Virus record (IMG/VR): IMGVR_UViG_3300035429_000172
Coordinates: 2,905 to 66,904 of that record
Strand: one strand, 5' to 3'
Source: a virus
Lineage: Duplodnaviria > Caudoviricetes
Length of the DNA stretch: 64,000 nucleotides
The notes beneath the pieces are model-generated. The model worked only from the letters and a program-made list of their open reading frames with translations, searched no databases and was not told the DNA's origin. A program made the translations under genes and the position numbers. Positions 38,189 to 49,600 of this stretch are shown in pieces (the first letter of the stretch is position 1; each line of letters starts with the position of its first letter).

Positions 38189-39529
38189 AAAACTGAACTA
38201 GAATCGGGACTTGCAGATTATATGGCTGGTTTTGATGGAGAAAATGGACCAAACGTTTACTTTTTAGCCAACTCACAGCAACAGTCCCGACTATTATTTG
38301 AAGCATCACGTTCAATGATTAGAAAATCGCCATGGCTAAGTGAAAGATTTGTGCCTAATCGCAGTGAAATTCGTTTTCCTGCTACTGATGGAAAGATCAT
38401 GGCAATGTCAGCTGAAAAGAGTAACAAAGATGGAGAAAACGTTCACTTCGCCGTTTTCGATGAAATCCATGAATATCAAGATTACAGCTTAATTAACGTA
38501 ATGAAAAACAGTCGTGGTACACGTACACAACCATTAATTGTTTACATTACTACTGCTGGTTTTGTCCTCGATGGTCCACTAATGGATATGGTGGAGCAGG
38601 CACAAGATACTCTTAAAAACTATGAAGATGACATAAATTCACGTACTTTTTACTACATTGCTAGCCTAGACAATGAAAAAGAGACAGAAGATCCTACTAA
38701 GTGGGTTAAAGCTAATCCTAATATTGGCTTAATGCAAATGGTTGATATGATTACCGACTTTAAATCAGCTAAGCGTGTTCCTCGAGAATATGCTGACTGG
38801 TTAACTAAACGTTTCAACATATTTGCTGATGCTGATGAGATGAGCTTTATCACTCCTGAAATTTTGAAAAAGAATAATCAACACATTAATTTGAATACTT
38901 TATTAGATCGAGATTGTATCGGTGGTTATGACCTATCTGATACAGAAGACTTTACGTCAGCATGTCTGGAATTCCCTCTGGACGATGGTGGCGTTTTTAT
39001 TTTGGAACATTCTTGGATTCCACATCGTAGATATGAGCAAGATAAGAACCCAGAACGTATAAGAATGTGGGAAAAACAGGGAGAAATAACAATTATTCCT
39101 GGCGATTATGTCGATTTCAGCTATGTTTACGACTGGTTTAAAGATATGTCTGAAAAGTACAACATTGTGCAGATTAATTACGACCCTGCTAAGGCAATTA
39201 GACTTAATAAGCAGATGGAAGAATTTGGATTTAAGACCCAACCAGTACGTCAAGGTTTCTTTACTCTTGGTGGTCCAATGCAAAACTTTAAAGAATTACT
39301 GCTTGATGGCAAGGTCGTATTTAATGAGCAATCAATGTTTAAGTGGTACTTAAATAATGTCGAGCTAATTACAGATAGAAATGATAACTGGATGCCTACT
39401 AAGACATCTCGTTCCCGTAAGATTGATGGCTTTGCAGCAGCATTAGATGCACACGTAAGTGTAATTGACATGCTAGTTGAACCAGACGATGACGATGAAC
39501 CAATATCACAATTTATTTCTTTTAGATAA
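38189..39529 (+). CDS. Terminase large subunit, exon 2
   Basis: Walker B AVFDEIHE, ITTAG, GGYDLSDTEDFT, KIDGFAA. Confidence 0.92.
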   Translation, partial: KTELESGLADYMAGFDGENGPNVYFLANSQQQSRLLFEASRSMIRKSPWLSERFVPNRSEIRFPATDGKIMAMSAEKSNKDGENVHFAVFDEIHEYQDYSLINVMKNSRGTRTQPLIVYITTAGFVLDGPLMDMVEQAQDTLKNYEDDINSRTFYYIASLDNEKETEDPTKWVKANPNIGLMQMVDMITDFKSAKRVPREYADWLTKRFNIFADADEMSFITPEILKKNNQHINLNTLLDRDCIGGYDLSDTEDFTSACLEFPLDDGGVFILEHSWIPHRRYEQDKNPERIRMWEKQGEITIIPGDYVDFSYVYDWFKDMSEKYNIVQINYDPAKAIRLNKQMEEFGFKTQPVRQGFFTLGGPMQNFKELLLDGKVVFNEQSMFKWYLNNVELITDRNDNWMPTKTSRSRKIDGFAAALDAHVSVIDMLVEPDDDDEPISQFISFR

Positions 39530-39568
39530 TATGAAGAAACCCAATCAAATAATTATGATCCACAAATT

Positions 39569-39931
39569 ATGGTACTTCTTTCTATGGAAGATGGTTCACC
39601 AACTATATACGTTAATGGAGAGTATCGATGGGTGAAGATTAAGGAAATACAAATGAATAAAAGACAGAAAATTAAGCTCTTGCGGAACAACCCGCAGGGC
39701 TTTTTTTGTAGATATGGTAAAAATCAAGCTATATCACTTGCCTGCTGGTGTGTGTTAAATCGAGGCATCAGTGGAGAATTACTTTTTAATCAAATAGAAA
39801 TGATTATATTTTTTGAAGACGAACGCTGGAAGTATGGATTGCTTAAAGCTCATGAAGCAGAATTAAACCAATCCCAGCAAGGACTTTTGAAGTATGTAAA
39901 ATCTAAGTTCATGAGCTGGCTTCCCGAATAG
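39569..39931 (+). CDS. Hypothetical protein between terL and portal (start uncertain)
   Basis: ORF track only. Confidence 0.35.
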   Translation: MVLLSMEDGSPTIYVNGEYRWVKIKEIQMNKRQKIKLLRNNPQGFFCRYGKNQAISLACWCVLNRGISGELLFNQIEMIIFFEDERWKYGLLKAHEAELNQSQQGLLKYVKSKFMSWLPE

Positions 39932-39946
39932 AGAGGAGGTGAGCGA

Positions 39947-41275
39947 ATGAGCTTTTGGGATAAAGCTAAAAAATTTTTAAATCCATTCCAGCAAAGCAAA
40001 GGGAATAGCTGGGAAGGGCCGCATTATAACTTCAATGGTTGGGCTAATACACCATTTTTCGGCATTAAAAATCAGGATTTAACTACTAACGAAGAAGTTT
40101 TTAGTGTAGTTACAAGATTAGCTAATACAGTTTCAAGCTTACCCTTGCATGAATACAAAAAGTATCAGCAAACTACTACTCCTGTAAGTGGTCTTCTAAC
40201 AGTAGAATCTAATCCATCAATGACAGCCTTTCAACTATTAAATCAATTAGAAACATCACGTAATGTCGATGGAAATGGATATTTGTGGATTGAAAGAGAT
40301 AGCTATGGGACACCGCAACATTTATGGCCGATTGACCCTAAGACAGTTGTAGTTAAGCGAGATATTGATACTGGCAATATTTGGTATCAAATTAGTTCAG
40401 ATACGTATAACTTTTTAGTATTTAACACGGAAATTATCCATGTTAAACATATTAGCCCATTATCTGACTTTGTGGGTATTAGTCCATTGGATGTGCTTTC
40501 TAGCTCTTTGAAGTTTGCACGTACAGTAGAAGAGTTTTCCATGAATGAAATGGATAAAAAGGATGCATATATCATTCAATACGACCGAAGTGTTGGTCAA
40601 GAAAAACGCCAAGCACTTATGGACGATTTTAGAAGAATGATTAAAGAAAACGGTGGTGCAATCCTACAAGAACAAGGCTTTAAGATTGACCGTTATGAAA
40701 GTAGATTTCAACCAGGCGATCTGCAAACTGTATCTAATATTACTAAGCAAAGAATTGCTAATGCTTTTAACGTGCCACTATCTTTTTTAGATAACGGCAA
40801 TACGAATAATGCTAAAAGTTCTGAAAGCATTATGACCCAGTTTGTTGAGATGACTCTAATACCAATCGTAAGACAATATGAAGCAGAATTTAACAGAAAG
40901 CTCCTAACGCAAAATCAACGTGCTAGGGGCTATTATTTTAAGTTCAACATCAATGGCTTAATGCGTGGAGATACTGCATCAAGAACAAGTTTTTACGCAA
41001 TGATGATTAGAAACGGAATTGCGACTCCTAACGAATTGAGAAAGCTTGAAGATTTACCTGAAACTAAAGATAAGAATGCAGATAAATTATGGTTCTCTAA
41101 AGATTTGGCTTTGCTTGAAGATGCTGATAAATTCAGCAAATCGACCGATATTAAGCAAGTGCCGCAATTGAAAGGAGGTGACAATCCTGATGACGACAAC
41201 GAAAATGAAGATGCCAAGCTATCTGACAATCAAACAGGAAGCGAAAACAAACAATACAGCCGACATGTATATTGA
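39947..41275 (+). CDS. Portal protein (HK97 family)
   Basis: VFSVVTRLANTVSSLPL, GNGYLWIER, IANAFNVP, TPNELRKLEDLP. Confidence 0.95.
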   Translation: MSFWDKAKKFLNPFQQSKGNSWEGPHYNFNGWANTPFFGIKNQDLTTNEEVFSVVTRLANTVSSLPLHEYKKYQQTTTPVSGLLTVESNPSMTAFQLLNQLETSRNVDGNGYLWIERDSYGTPQHLWPIDPKTVVVKRDIDTGNIWYQISSDTYNFLVFNTEIIHVKHISPLSDFVGISPLDVLSSSLKFARTVEEFSMNEMDKKDAYIIQYDRSVGQEKRQALMDDFRRMIKENGGAILQEQGFKIDRYESRFQPGDLQTVSNITKQRIANAFNVPLSFLDNGNTNNAKSSESIMTQFVEMTLIPIVRQYEAEFNRKLLTQNQRARGYYFKFNINGLMRGDTASRTSFYAMMIRNGIATPNELRKLEDLPETKDKNADKLWFSKDLALLEDADKFSKSTDIKQVPQLKGGDNPDDDNENEDAKLSDNQTGSENKQYSRHVY

Positions 41276-41969
41276 TGGCGAAATTGTAGCTGACGAATGG
41301 GAAGATTCCGATACATCAGCAGCAGGGTTTAGGGATGCTCTTAAATCACTAGGGGATGTAAAAGAAATTAATTTACATATCAATTCACCTGGCGGAAGTG
41401 TTTTTGAAGGTATAGCAATCTACAACATGCTTAAACAAAATAAAGCAAAAGTGAATATTTATGTTGATGCCTTAGCTGCATCGATCGCAAGCGTCATCGC
41501 AATGAGTGGTGACGCTATTTTTATGCCTTCAAACAGTATGATGATGATTCACAATCCTTATACCTTGGCAGTTGGCAATGCAAATGAACTGCGTAAAGCG
41601 GCAGATGATCTAGATCAAATTACTAAGGCTAGCATTGCTTCTTATTTAGCAAAAGCCGGAGATAAATTAGACGAATCTACTTTAAAAGAGTTGATGGATA
41701 ACGAAACTTGGTTAACGGCAGAAGAAGCCGTTGATTATGGCTTAGCTGACGAAGTATTAGAACCTAATCAAGCAGTTGCTTCTGTAAATAATCCATTTGC
41801 TAGAAAATTCAAGCATTTGCCAGAACAGCTTTTAAAACACAATTCAGTTAAGCAGGAGGATGAACAATCTTCTGAAACAATGAAACAACTTGAAGAAATT
41901 AAAAAGAGAGCGTTGCAATCCAGCAGCGCTCTTTCTATTGAACTTTTAAACATTAAGGAGAATTTTTAG
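41190..41969 (+). CDS. ClpP-type prohead protease
   Basis: INSPGGSVFEGIAIYN, AASIASVIAM, MMIHNP, ETWLTAEEAVDYGLAD. Confidence 0.95.
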   Translation: MTTTKMKMPSYLTIKQEAKTNNTADMYIDGEIVADEWEDSDTSAAGFRDALKSLGDVKEINLHINSPGGSVFEGIAIYNMLKQNKAKVNIYVDALAASIASVIAMSGDAIFMPSNSMMMIHNPYTLAVGNANELRKAADDLDQITKASIASYLAKAGDKLDESTLKELMDNETWLTAEEAVDYGLADEVLEPNQAVASVNNPFARKFKHLPEQLLKHNSVKQEDEQSSETMKQLEEIKKRALQSSSALSIELLNIKENF

Positions 41970-43151
41970 ATGAATATTTATGAATTACGACAAGAAACTT
42001 ACAATGCTGGTCAAGCATTAAAGGATATCGAAGATGCATTAGCAAAGGCTGCTACTGATCCAGATCCAAAGGCACTTGAAGATATTAAGGCTTTGAATCA
42101 AAAGAAAGATGGTGCGGCTTTACGTTACAACACTTTAAAGGAACGTTATGACAAGGCTAAAGAAGCTCAATCTGATGAAATTAAGAACAAATTAGCAGAA
42201 GCCAAAGATAAGCAAGTAGAAATGCCAGCAGATCCAAAGCAACGCCTAATTAAAGCAGAAGCTGCATGGATTCGTAAGACTGTTCGCCCTGATAATGCCA
42301 ACTTCCAAGAAAAGTGGAACTCAGTTAAGCAAGAATTAAAGGACGATGATGCATCTAAGGGTGGTAACTTATTACCAGTTAATGTATCAAATCAATTAAT
42401 CTCTGAACCATTTGCTACTAACCCTCTACGTCAAATGGAAACTATTTCAACTGTAACTAACTTAATTTTGCCACGTATTGCATTTGATGTTGCTGATGAT
42501 GATTTCATTAAAGATGGTGAAATCGCTAAGGAAATGGACCTTAAAACAGATAAAGTAACTTTTGGCCGTAATGAAATGAAAGTACGAGCTGGTATTTCTG
42601 ATACTGTTTTACTTGGTTCAGATGCAGGCTTAGTTGAATACGTAAATAATGCTCTATCATCTGCATTGCAATTAAAGGAACGTAAATTACAACTTGGCAC
42701 TTCTAACCCAGCAGGCTTAGAACATATGAGTTTCTATGATACTACCACTGTTAAGATTAAGTCTGTTTCAGGCAAGGATTTATTCCATGCAATCCGTAAA
42801 GCTATTGCTGACTTAGACGATGCTTTCCAAGATAACGCACAAGTTTTAATGACTAGAAGTGATTACTATGACATGCTTGATAGTTTAGCTAATAATTCAG
42901 CTACTCTTTACCAAGCACAACCAGAATCAGTTTTAGGTGTTCCGGTTAAGTTCACTTCTGCTGCAACTACCCCTGTTGTTGGTGACTTTAGTTTTGCTCA
43001 ATTGAACTACGAAATCAATAGTTCTTTATACGAACAATACAAGGACTACCAAAAGGGTATGAACTACTTCCAATTAACTGCATGGTTTGACCACCAAATC
43101 AAGTTAGCTAGTGCATTCCGCCTTGCAAAGGTTGATGGCGCGGGAAAATAA
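41970..43151 (+). CDS. Major capsid protein (HK97 fold)
   Basis: N-terminal delta coiled coil, GGNLLP, LGVPVKF; ends GCG GGA AAA TAA. Confidence 0.92.
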   Translation: MNIYELRQETYNAGQALKDIEDALAKAATDPDPKALEDIKALNQKKDGAALRYNTLKERYDKAKEAQSDEIKNKLAEAKDKQVEMPADPKQRLIKAEAAWIRKTVRPDNANFQEKWNSVKQELKDDDASKGGNLLPVNVSNQLISEPFATNPLRQMETISTVTNLILPRIAFDVADDDFIKDGEIAKEMDLKTDKVTFGRNEMKVRAGISDTVLLGSDAGLVEYVNNALSSALQLKERKLQLGTSNPAGLEHMSFYDTTTVKIKSVSGKDLFHAIRKAIADLDDAFQDNAQVLMTRSDYYDMLDSLANNSATLYQAQPESVLGVPVKFTSAATTPVVGDFSFAQLNYEINSSLYEQYKDYQKGMNYFQLTAWFDHQIKLASAFRLAKVDGAGK

Positions 43152-43606
43152 CAACCCCGTCTGGCGATAAAGGATCAGATGACAAAAAGTCTGATACTAA
43201 GCCAGATACAGGCGGGGATACCAAGCCCGTAAATAAACCAGCAACTCCTGATGACCAAAAATCAGATACAGGTGACTCCAAAAAGCCAGATGAGAATGTT
43301 CAGCCCAGATATACAAAAGAAGAACTTGATTCCAAATCAATTGATGAGCTTAGACCTATCCTTAATAAGATGAGTCCTGATCCTATGAATCCTTCTACAC
43401 AATACATACCAACCGCATTTGATACTAAGGATGAAATTGTTGCAGGAATACTTAGTGGCAAAGGCATTACGCAAAGAATAGCTATGAAAGATAGAACAGT
43501 AGCTAACTTAAAACAAGGCTTAGACACTATGCAAATTAGCTATCCATCTAATGCTACAAAGCAACAATTGCTAGACATCATTGGTGAACATCATATTGGT
43601 GATTAA
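43148..43606 (+). CDS. Predicted -1 frameshift extension of the capsid protein (linker plus HeH/LEM-like helical domains)
   Basis: Slippery G GGA AAA at 43142-43148; -1 frame open to 43606. Confidence 0.65.
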   Translation: MTTPSGDKGSDDKKSDTKPDTGGDTKPVNKPATPDDQKSDTGDSKKPDENVQPRYTKEELDSKSIDELRPILNKMSPDPMNPSTQYIPTAFDTKDEIVAGILSGKGITQRIAMKDRTVANLKQGLDTMQISYPSNATKQQLLDIIGEHHIGD

Positions 43607-43608
43607 TT

Positions 43609-45167
43609 ATGTCAATTAAGTCTTTGTTAACAACAGTAGAGCCAGAAGACCTTCAAAATGTTAAAAACTTTTGCAAAGTTGATGGCGATTTAGAAGATCA
43701 AGAGATAACTGGAATGATGCTATCGGCTCGTCGAGATATTATTGGTCAAGTTGGAGATAGAATTGACGATTTTTTCGATGATAATTGGAATTTTAAGTAC
43801 GCAGTTTGGTTAAAAACATATCACAGTTATAACAACCGTGATACATCTTCAAATGCGATGACTTTTGAAATTCAAGATACTTATAATTCGACTATTAATG
43901 CGATGAAAGACGATTATCGTTATCGAGTTTGGCTTGAAGATAAAGAAAACGATCATGACGACGGAGAAAGGAATGAAAACTAGTGACTAAGCATACTAGC
44001 ATAAATATCGCACGAATGCGATATAGACTTGAATTCGGCATAATGGGTTCAACCGACGAAATCAATCCAAATACGGGCGAAGCAGTGAATGGCTTTGTAC
44101 CACAATTTACTAAATGGGCCGGTCAATGGACTTTAAGCCAAACCCAAGAAGCTACTTTTGCTGGTTCTAATCAAGGCGATTTAATGACTTTCTTCGTTCG
44201 TCACGACAAAAACATTACTAGTGATATGATTTTACGCTTAGATGGCAAGGAATACACAATCACACACATCAATAGGGATGATGGGCTAACGGCTAATTCA
44301 TTTGACTTAATCACGTGCAAGAGGAAAGAGGTGCATCATGCATGAGTGAAATTCTTAATGAGAATAATTTTGATCGTGCCATTGATGAAATTAGTAAATC
44401 TTGGACGATGCAAGAACGTACTTTTGTCAATAATACTGGTATGGGTGCTTTTTATCCAGTGTTAAAAACAAAGGTAGACGCACATAAGGATCCCACTAGA
44501 AAACCAGTAGGGTATCCAGAACATATGGCGGATACTTTGGTTAAAAATGTTAATAAAGATGGCTCAATTGAGGTGGGCTTTTCTAAAAAAGGCAATAAAG
44601 CTTATATTGCTCGCTTTATTAACGATGGTTGGCAATCAAGCAATCAGTATGGTGGACCATATAAATACATTCCTGGGGAACATTACTGGGAAAGTACCGA
44701 GGATGAAACTCATGATGCTGTTATAAAAGCTATGGCTCAAGCTGCAAAAGCAGTTATGGATAAGAGAGTAGGTTTATAAAATGACACCGGCAGCACAAGT
44801 AGTTTCTCTTATTAAAAAGAATATTAGTCAATTTGACGGCTTAAAGAGCGAACATGTTCACTCTTTTATGATTAGCCAAGAAGATAAGACTAAAACTGAT
44901 GCAATTATTGTTGTGTCAGAAGCACCCGGCGGTCGTCACGGATATGGAAATGGTGTACCTATCTTTGAAAGACGGCGACTGCAAATTGAATTTTATTATC
45001 CGAAAAATTACATGAAAGATATGGAAGGACTTGAAAAACAAATCAAGTCCTTTTTATTTGCCCACGGTTTTGTTTGCTATGCAAATGCAGGGCATGTAAT
45101 TAGTCCGGATCAGCAGAACATAACAAATACACTCAAATTTAACTATCAGAAGGAGGATATTATTTAA
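43609..45167 (+). CDS. Neck genes: head-tail connector 43609-43983, head closure 43983-44345, HK97 gp10-like ending 44779, tail terminator 44781-45167
   Basis: Order, sizes, motifs VKNFCKVDGDLED and FFVRH. Confidence 0.8.
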
Positions 45168-45799
45168 TGGCAACTATCGGTCTAAAAACGATTTATACTG
45201 GCATTAAATTACCAAACGGTAGCGTTGCCCTTGACGACCAAGGTGTTGACCCAACCGGTATTTTTGAAATCGATACTAAGAAAGAAAATGGAAACTTAGG
45301 TTCTAAGAGCTTCAACATTACAAACTTGACTGGTACTACAACCAAGATTGTTGGTAATAACGAAATCGTTGATACTTCTGTGGGATCAAGTTCACCAACT
45401 GTTGCAATTGACTCAAACATGATTAACCCTGAAAAACTTAATAAGCTTTTGGGACGTGTTCAATTAGGCGACGGTGGATGGGCACCAGGTAAGACGACTG
45501 TTGAAGTTGGTTTAATTGGCGTAGCAGAAGATCCAATTTATCACTCACGCATTTTTTATTGCTTTGGTCGTGGTACTTTGGCTAAGACTACTCAAAACAT
45601 TCAAACAAATACTGATACTGCCCAAACTCGTGAGGATGATAACTTAACCTACACTGCCATGTCTTACGATAAGTTTAATTCAGAACCATATGCAGTTTAC
45701 TGGGAAAAGAACAAAGATTTTAGTTTGAAGAAGATGTTTGATCGAGTATTTCCAGGTCAAACTTTCATTAAAGATCCGGCACAACCAGCTGGCAAGTAA
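45167..45799 (+). CDS. Major tail protein
   Basis: MATIGLK, position and size; terminator at 45905-45926. Confidence 0.85.
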   Translation: MATIGLKTIYTGIKLPNGSVALDDQGVDPTGIFEIDTKKENGNLGSKSFNITNLTGTTTKIVGNNEIVDTSVGSSSPTVAIDSNMINPEKLNKLLGRVQLGDGGWAPGKTTVEVGLIGVAEDPIYHSRIFYCFGRGTLAKTTQNIQTNTDTAQTREDDNLTYTAMSYDKFNSEPYAVYWEKNKDFSLKKMFDRVFPGQTFIKDPAQPAGK

Positions 45800-45991
45800 T
45801 AGAAAAAATGTGATGAGAGAAAGATTTTAAGAGCACGTTCATTAAGTTTGATTAATAACTAATAACCTAAGTTTTTAAAATCAGCGTCTCAACATTAAAC
45901 ATTTAGCCTATATTAAGGCTTTTTTTATTGCAAAAAAATTAATAGTACAGAGACGAGAGATATGAGACGAATTTCTAAGGAGACAAATTAA

Positions 45992-46623
45992 ATGAGTAAA
46001 GTTGTTACTTTAAATGCTAAAGATGTATTGGGAAAAGATTATCCAGTAATTGATTCATTTGAAAATGTAAAGAAAACCAGTAAAGGTCTTATTGCTATGC
46101 TCAATGCAATGGACGAAGTAGAAACTAAAGCAAAAGAAGAGAAGAGAGACCCACTTTTGCCAGAATATGCCCTTGTTATTGACGAATATATTATTAAGAA
46201 TGTAGCCAAATTATTGAATTTGGGTACAGAGGATACCAAGAAATTAAATGAAATGAGCAGATCTGACGTAGCCGAATTCTATGAAAAAGTTGCAGAAGAA
46301 TTTTGCCAAATGCGAGTGCCATCAATGGGAGCTATCACTGGTGTCGGTGAAGAAGACAAGGAAGACAATTCAGTAGAACAACCTAAGGAAAAGCTAAAAA
46401 CAGTTGACCCAAAATAGCACGCCGAAAGATTTGCTGGGAATTAAAGAATTTAATTGAGGATATTGACTATATAGCTCAATGGAGCTTAGAGCAAAAAAAT
46501 ATTCCTCCTGATGAATTTTATGGTAGTTCGCTTTCCAATTGGACGGCTGCACAAAATGCTAAGTCTCGTGAAGATAGGGAAGTGGATCCACTTCAATATG
46601 CACGTCAAATTGGGGCTATTTAA
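45992..46623 (+). CDS. Tail assembly chaperone (45992-46417) with predicted -1 frameshift extension to 46623
   Basis: C CCA AAA at 46408-46414 before TAG; -1 frame KIARRKICWELKNL...IGAI. Confidence 0.8.
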
Positions 46624-46644
46624 AGAAAGGAGGAATAAATATCT

Positions 46645-49600
46645 ATGCCTACAATTTCAGGCTATAAGTTCGTTATTGACTTAGAAGATCGTGGCGTCAC
46701 GATGTCTTTAAGGAATATGAAAGCTGCGGCTCAAGCCTTAAAGGCTGAAATGAGAGCTAACTTTTCTATTCTACAATCTGGTGAAGGCTCTTTTGCTGCA
46801 TATAGTCAAAAAGTGACTGATGCATCTCATGCTATTGAACAATACGGTAAAGTTATTGCTAACTTAAATAACCGTCTAGCCAACTATGGCACTAAGCTAA
46901 CTGAATTAAGAAATCAAGAAGCTGAACAACAAGCAACACTAGATAAGTTAAAAAACTCTAACGAGGAAAATACCAAGCAATATAAGGATGCAGAAAAGGC
47001 TTTAACTAAGACTAAGAACAGCATTCAGAGTTTAACTAGAAGTCGACTATCTGATTTAAAGAACTTACAAACGCAAAGAGCAGCACAGCAAAGCTTAATT
47101 GAGCAACAAAAGCGTGCAGAAGAAACTTTGAAGCAGCTTAGAACTGGCATGGCTGACTATCAGCGTATCAGTAAGAGTGTTTTAAGCGTAAATAAGTCTT
47201 ATGTTTCTTCAATGAAAGAAACAGGACATTACTTTAAAGCTAATTCTGCTAACATTAAAACTTTAAAATTAGCTCATCAATCATTAGCTTCTCAGTATAA
47301 AGCAGAGAAAGATGTTGCTCATCAATTAGAACTTTCTACTACTACTTTATATAAGCGATACGATCAGGAGCGTTCTGCTTTAACTAGGATTAATTATGAA
47401 CGCAATCGTGCTAGGAATGAATTAAAACAACTTACATCTCAATATGGTTCTAATAGTACACAAGCTAAGAATGCACGAGATAAAGTTGAACAACTAAATA
47501 CTCAATATACAAATCAAGAGCGTCGTCTTACCGGATTGCGCGAAAAAGTCACACAATCAACAGAAGCTTACTCAAAACAGGCTGTACAAGCCGGAAAAAC
47601 AGCAGATCAACTTGTAAAAGTTCAACGTGCAACTTCTGGATTTAAAGCAACAGGGTTAGGACGTCTAACCACCTCTGTTGGTCAATTCAATACTAAATTA
47701 AAGGAGTCCACTTCTCATACGAGAGAGTGGGCTTCTTCTTTAAAAGGCGGTTTTGCAGCAGTTAGTGCAGGCGCTGTTGGCGTTACTGCTGGTCTTGGCA
47801 AAGTAACGTCAATGGCTGGCGAAATGCAGCAAAAATGGGTAACTGCTAAAAACTTAATGGTAACTGGCAGTGAGCAAGCTGTTGAAGTTACTAAAAATTT
47901 AGCATTGATGCAAAAGGATGCTTCCAAGTATTCAAAAGAATATGGAATTTCTCAAAGTGAGATTGCAGATCAATACACTAACTTAATCAAACGTGGTTAT
48001 AACTCTAAATCAGCTTTAGGTGCTATGAAAGACGAATTGGAAGCAACTAGAGCTACAGGAGACGAGTTTAGTGATGTTGTAGATAGTGCTTCCCAAGCGC
48101 TAGATGCTTTTGGACTGAGAACTAGTGACACTGCTCAAATGGCTAAGAATACTCACCGTGTTCTTAACGCTATGGCTTATTCAGCCGATTTAACTGCAAC
48201 TAGTTTTAAAGATTTAAGTACAGGAATGGCTTATGTTTCTGCCCCGGCTAAACAAGCTGGTTGGGACATTGAGCAAACATCTGCTGCCTTAGGGATGTTG
48301 TCTAATGCAGGTGTTGAAGGAAGTCAAGCTGGTACTGGTTTACGTAAAGTTATTGTATCATTAACCAAACCTACAAAGGGTGCAGCTGCTGCCTTAAAAG
48401 AGGCCGGATTATCTATTAAAGACTTTCAAGATAAATCTGGTCAATTAAAACCAGTTGATGAGATTTTTAAATCTATTAACCAAAAAGTTGCAGGTTGGGG
48501 AAGTGCTAAAAAAGGTGCTTTCTTTAAATCAATATTCGGAGCCACAGGAATGCAGGCTGCATCTATTTTGGCTCAAACTGCTGGTGGATTAAAGGCTAAT
48601 GACGACCAACTTACACAGTTAATTGCTAATTCAAGAAAAGCAGAAGAAGGTTCTGGTTATGTCCACCAGTTAGCCCAAAAGAACATGCAGACCACTAAAA
48701 TGCAACTAGAACGTCTAAAAATGACATTCCAAGATCTTGCAATTAATATGGGTAAGCAAATGCTACCTGCTATTAATAATGTTGCTGATGCATTTAGTAA
48801 GTGGAGTGTATCAAAAGATGGGCAAGACGCCATTAAAGGAATATCTGGTGCTGTTGGGGATGTTGCCAATGCAGTGTCTAAGCATAGCAAAGATATCATG
48901 GGATTCTTTTCTGGTATTGTTCAGGGAGCTAAGACTGCTTCTAAATGGATACATGATGTAACTAAATCTGTATCCGACTTCTTTAACCATACCCCAGTAA
49001 TTAAAGATGCTACTAAGAAGGTAAAAGACTTCTTCAAGTGGGCTAACACCCAAATGGGTGGAAATAAGAATAATAATGCATTTGTTCGTTTTGCTGGTCA
49101 AGCTGTTGGAGCATTAGCAATGCTCGCTATACCGCTTTTAGCAATTCGCAAAACAGCACAAGGCATACGTGCAATCTTAATGGATGTAGGTCAGTTTAAA
49201 AATTGGATTACTGGTAATAAAATTGTGGATCAACGTGCCAAGGATATGAGACGCGTTGTAGAACTGCAAGAACAATCCTTAAAGTTAACCCAACAACAAA
49301 TCGATCTTGAAAAGAGAAATCAAGGTTGGGGAGATGCCACTCATAGTGGAGAACATCCAACTGGCAAAGAACCAACAAACAAAGCCAATATGGTTGGGGA
49401 TGTTGTTGATGCTGTTGATACAGTAACGGATCTTAAAGGTGGAGAAGGCGAAAAAGTAGCTAAAAATGTTGAAAAGATGGGCGAAAAACATGCTCATTTC
49501 TGGCAACGTGGCTTTTTAGGAAAACTTAAAGGCTGGGGTTCTAGTCTCATTTCCGCATTAAATCCAAGCAATTTGATTCAAAAATTTGCTGACTTGGGCG

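Noticed and set aside
45780-45830. Frameshift extension of the major tail protein
   Set aside because: No slippery heptamer before the stop and no open downstream frame; terminator follows
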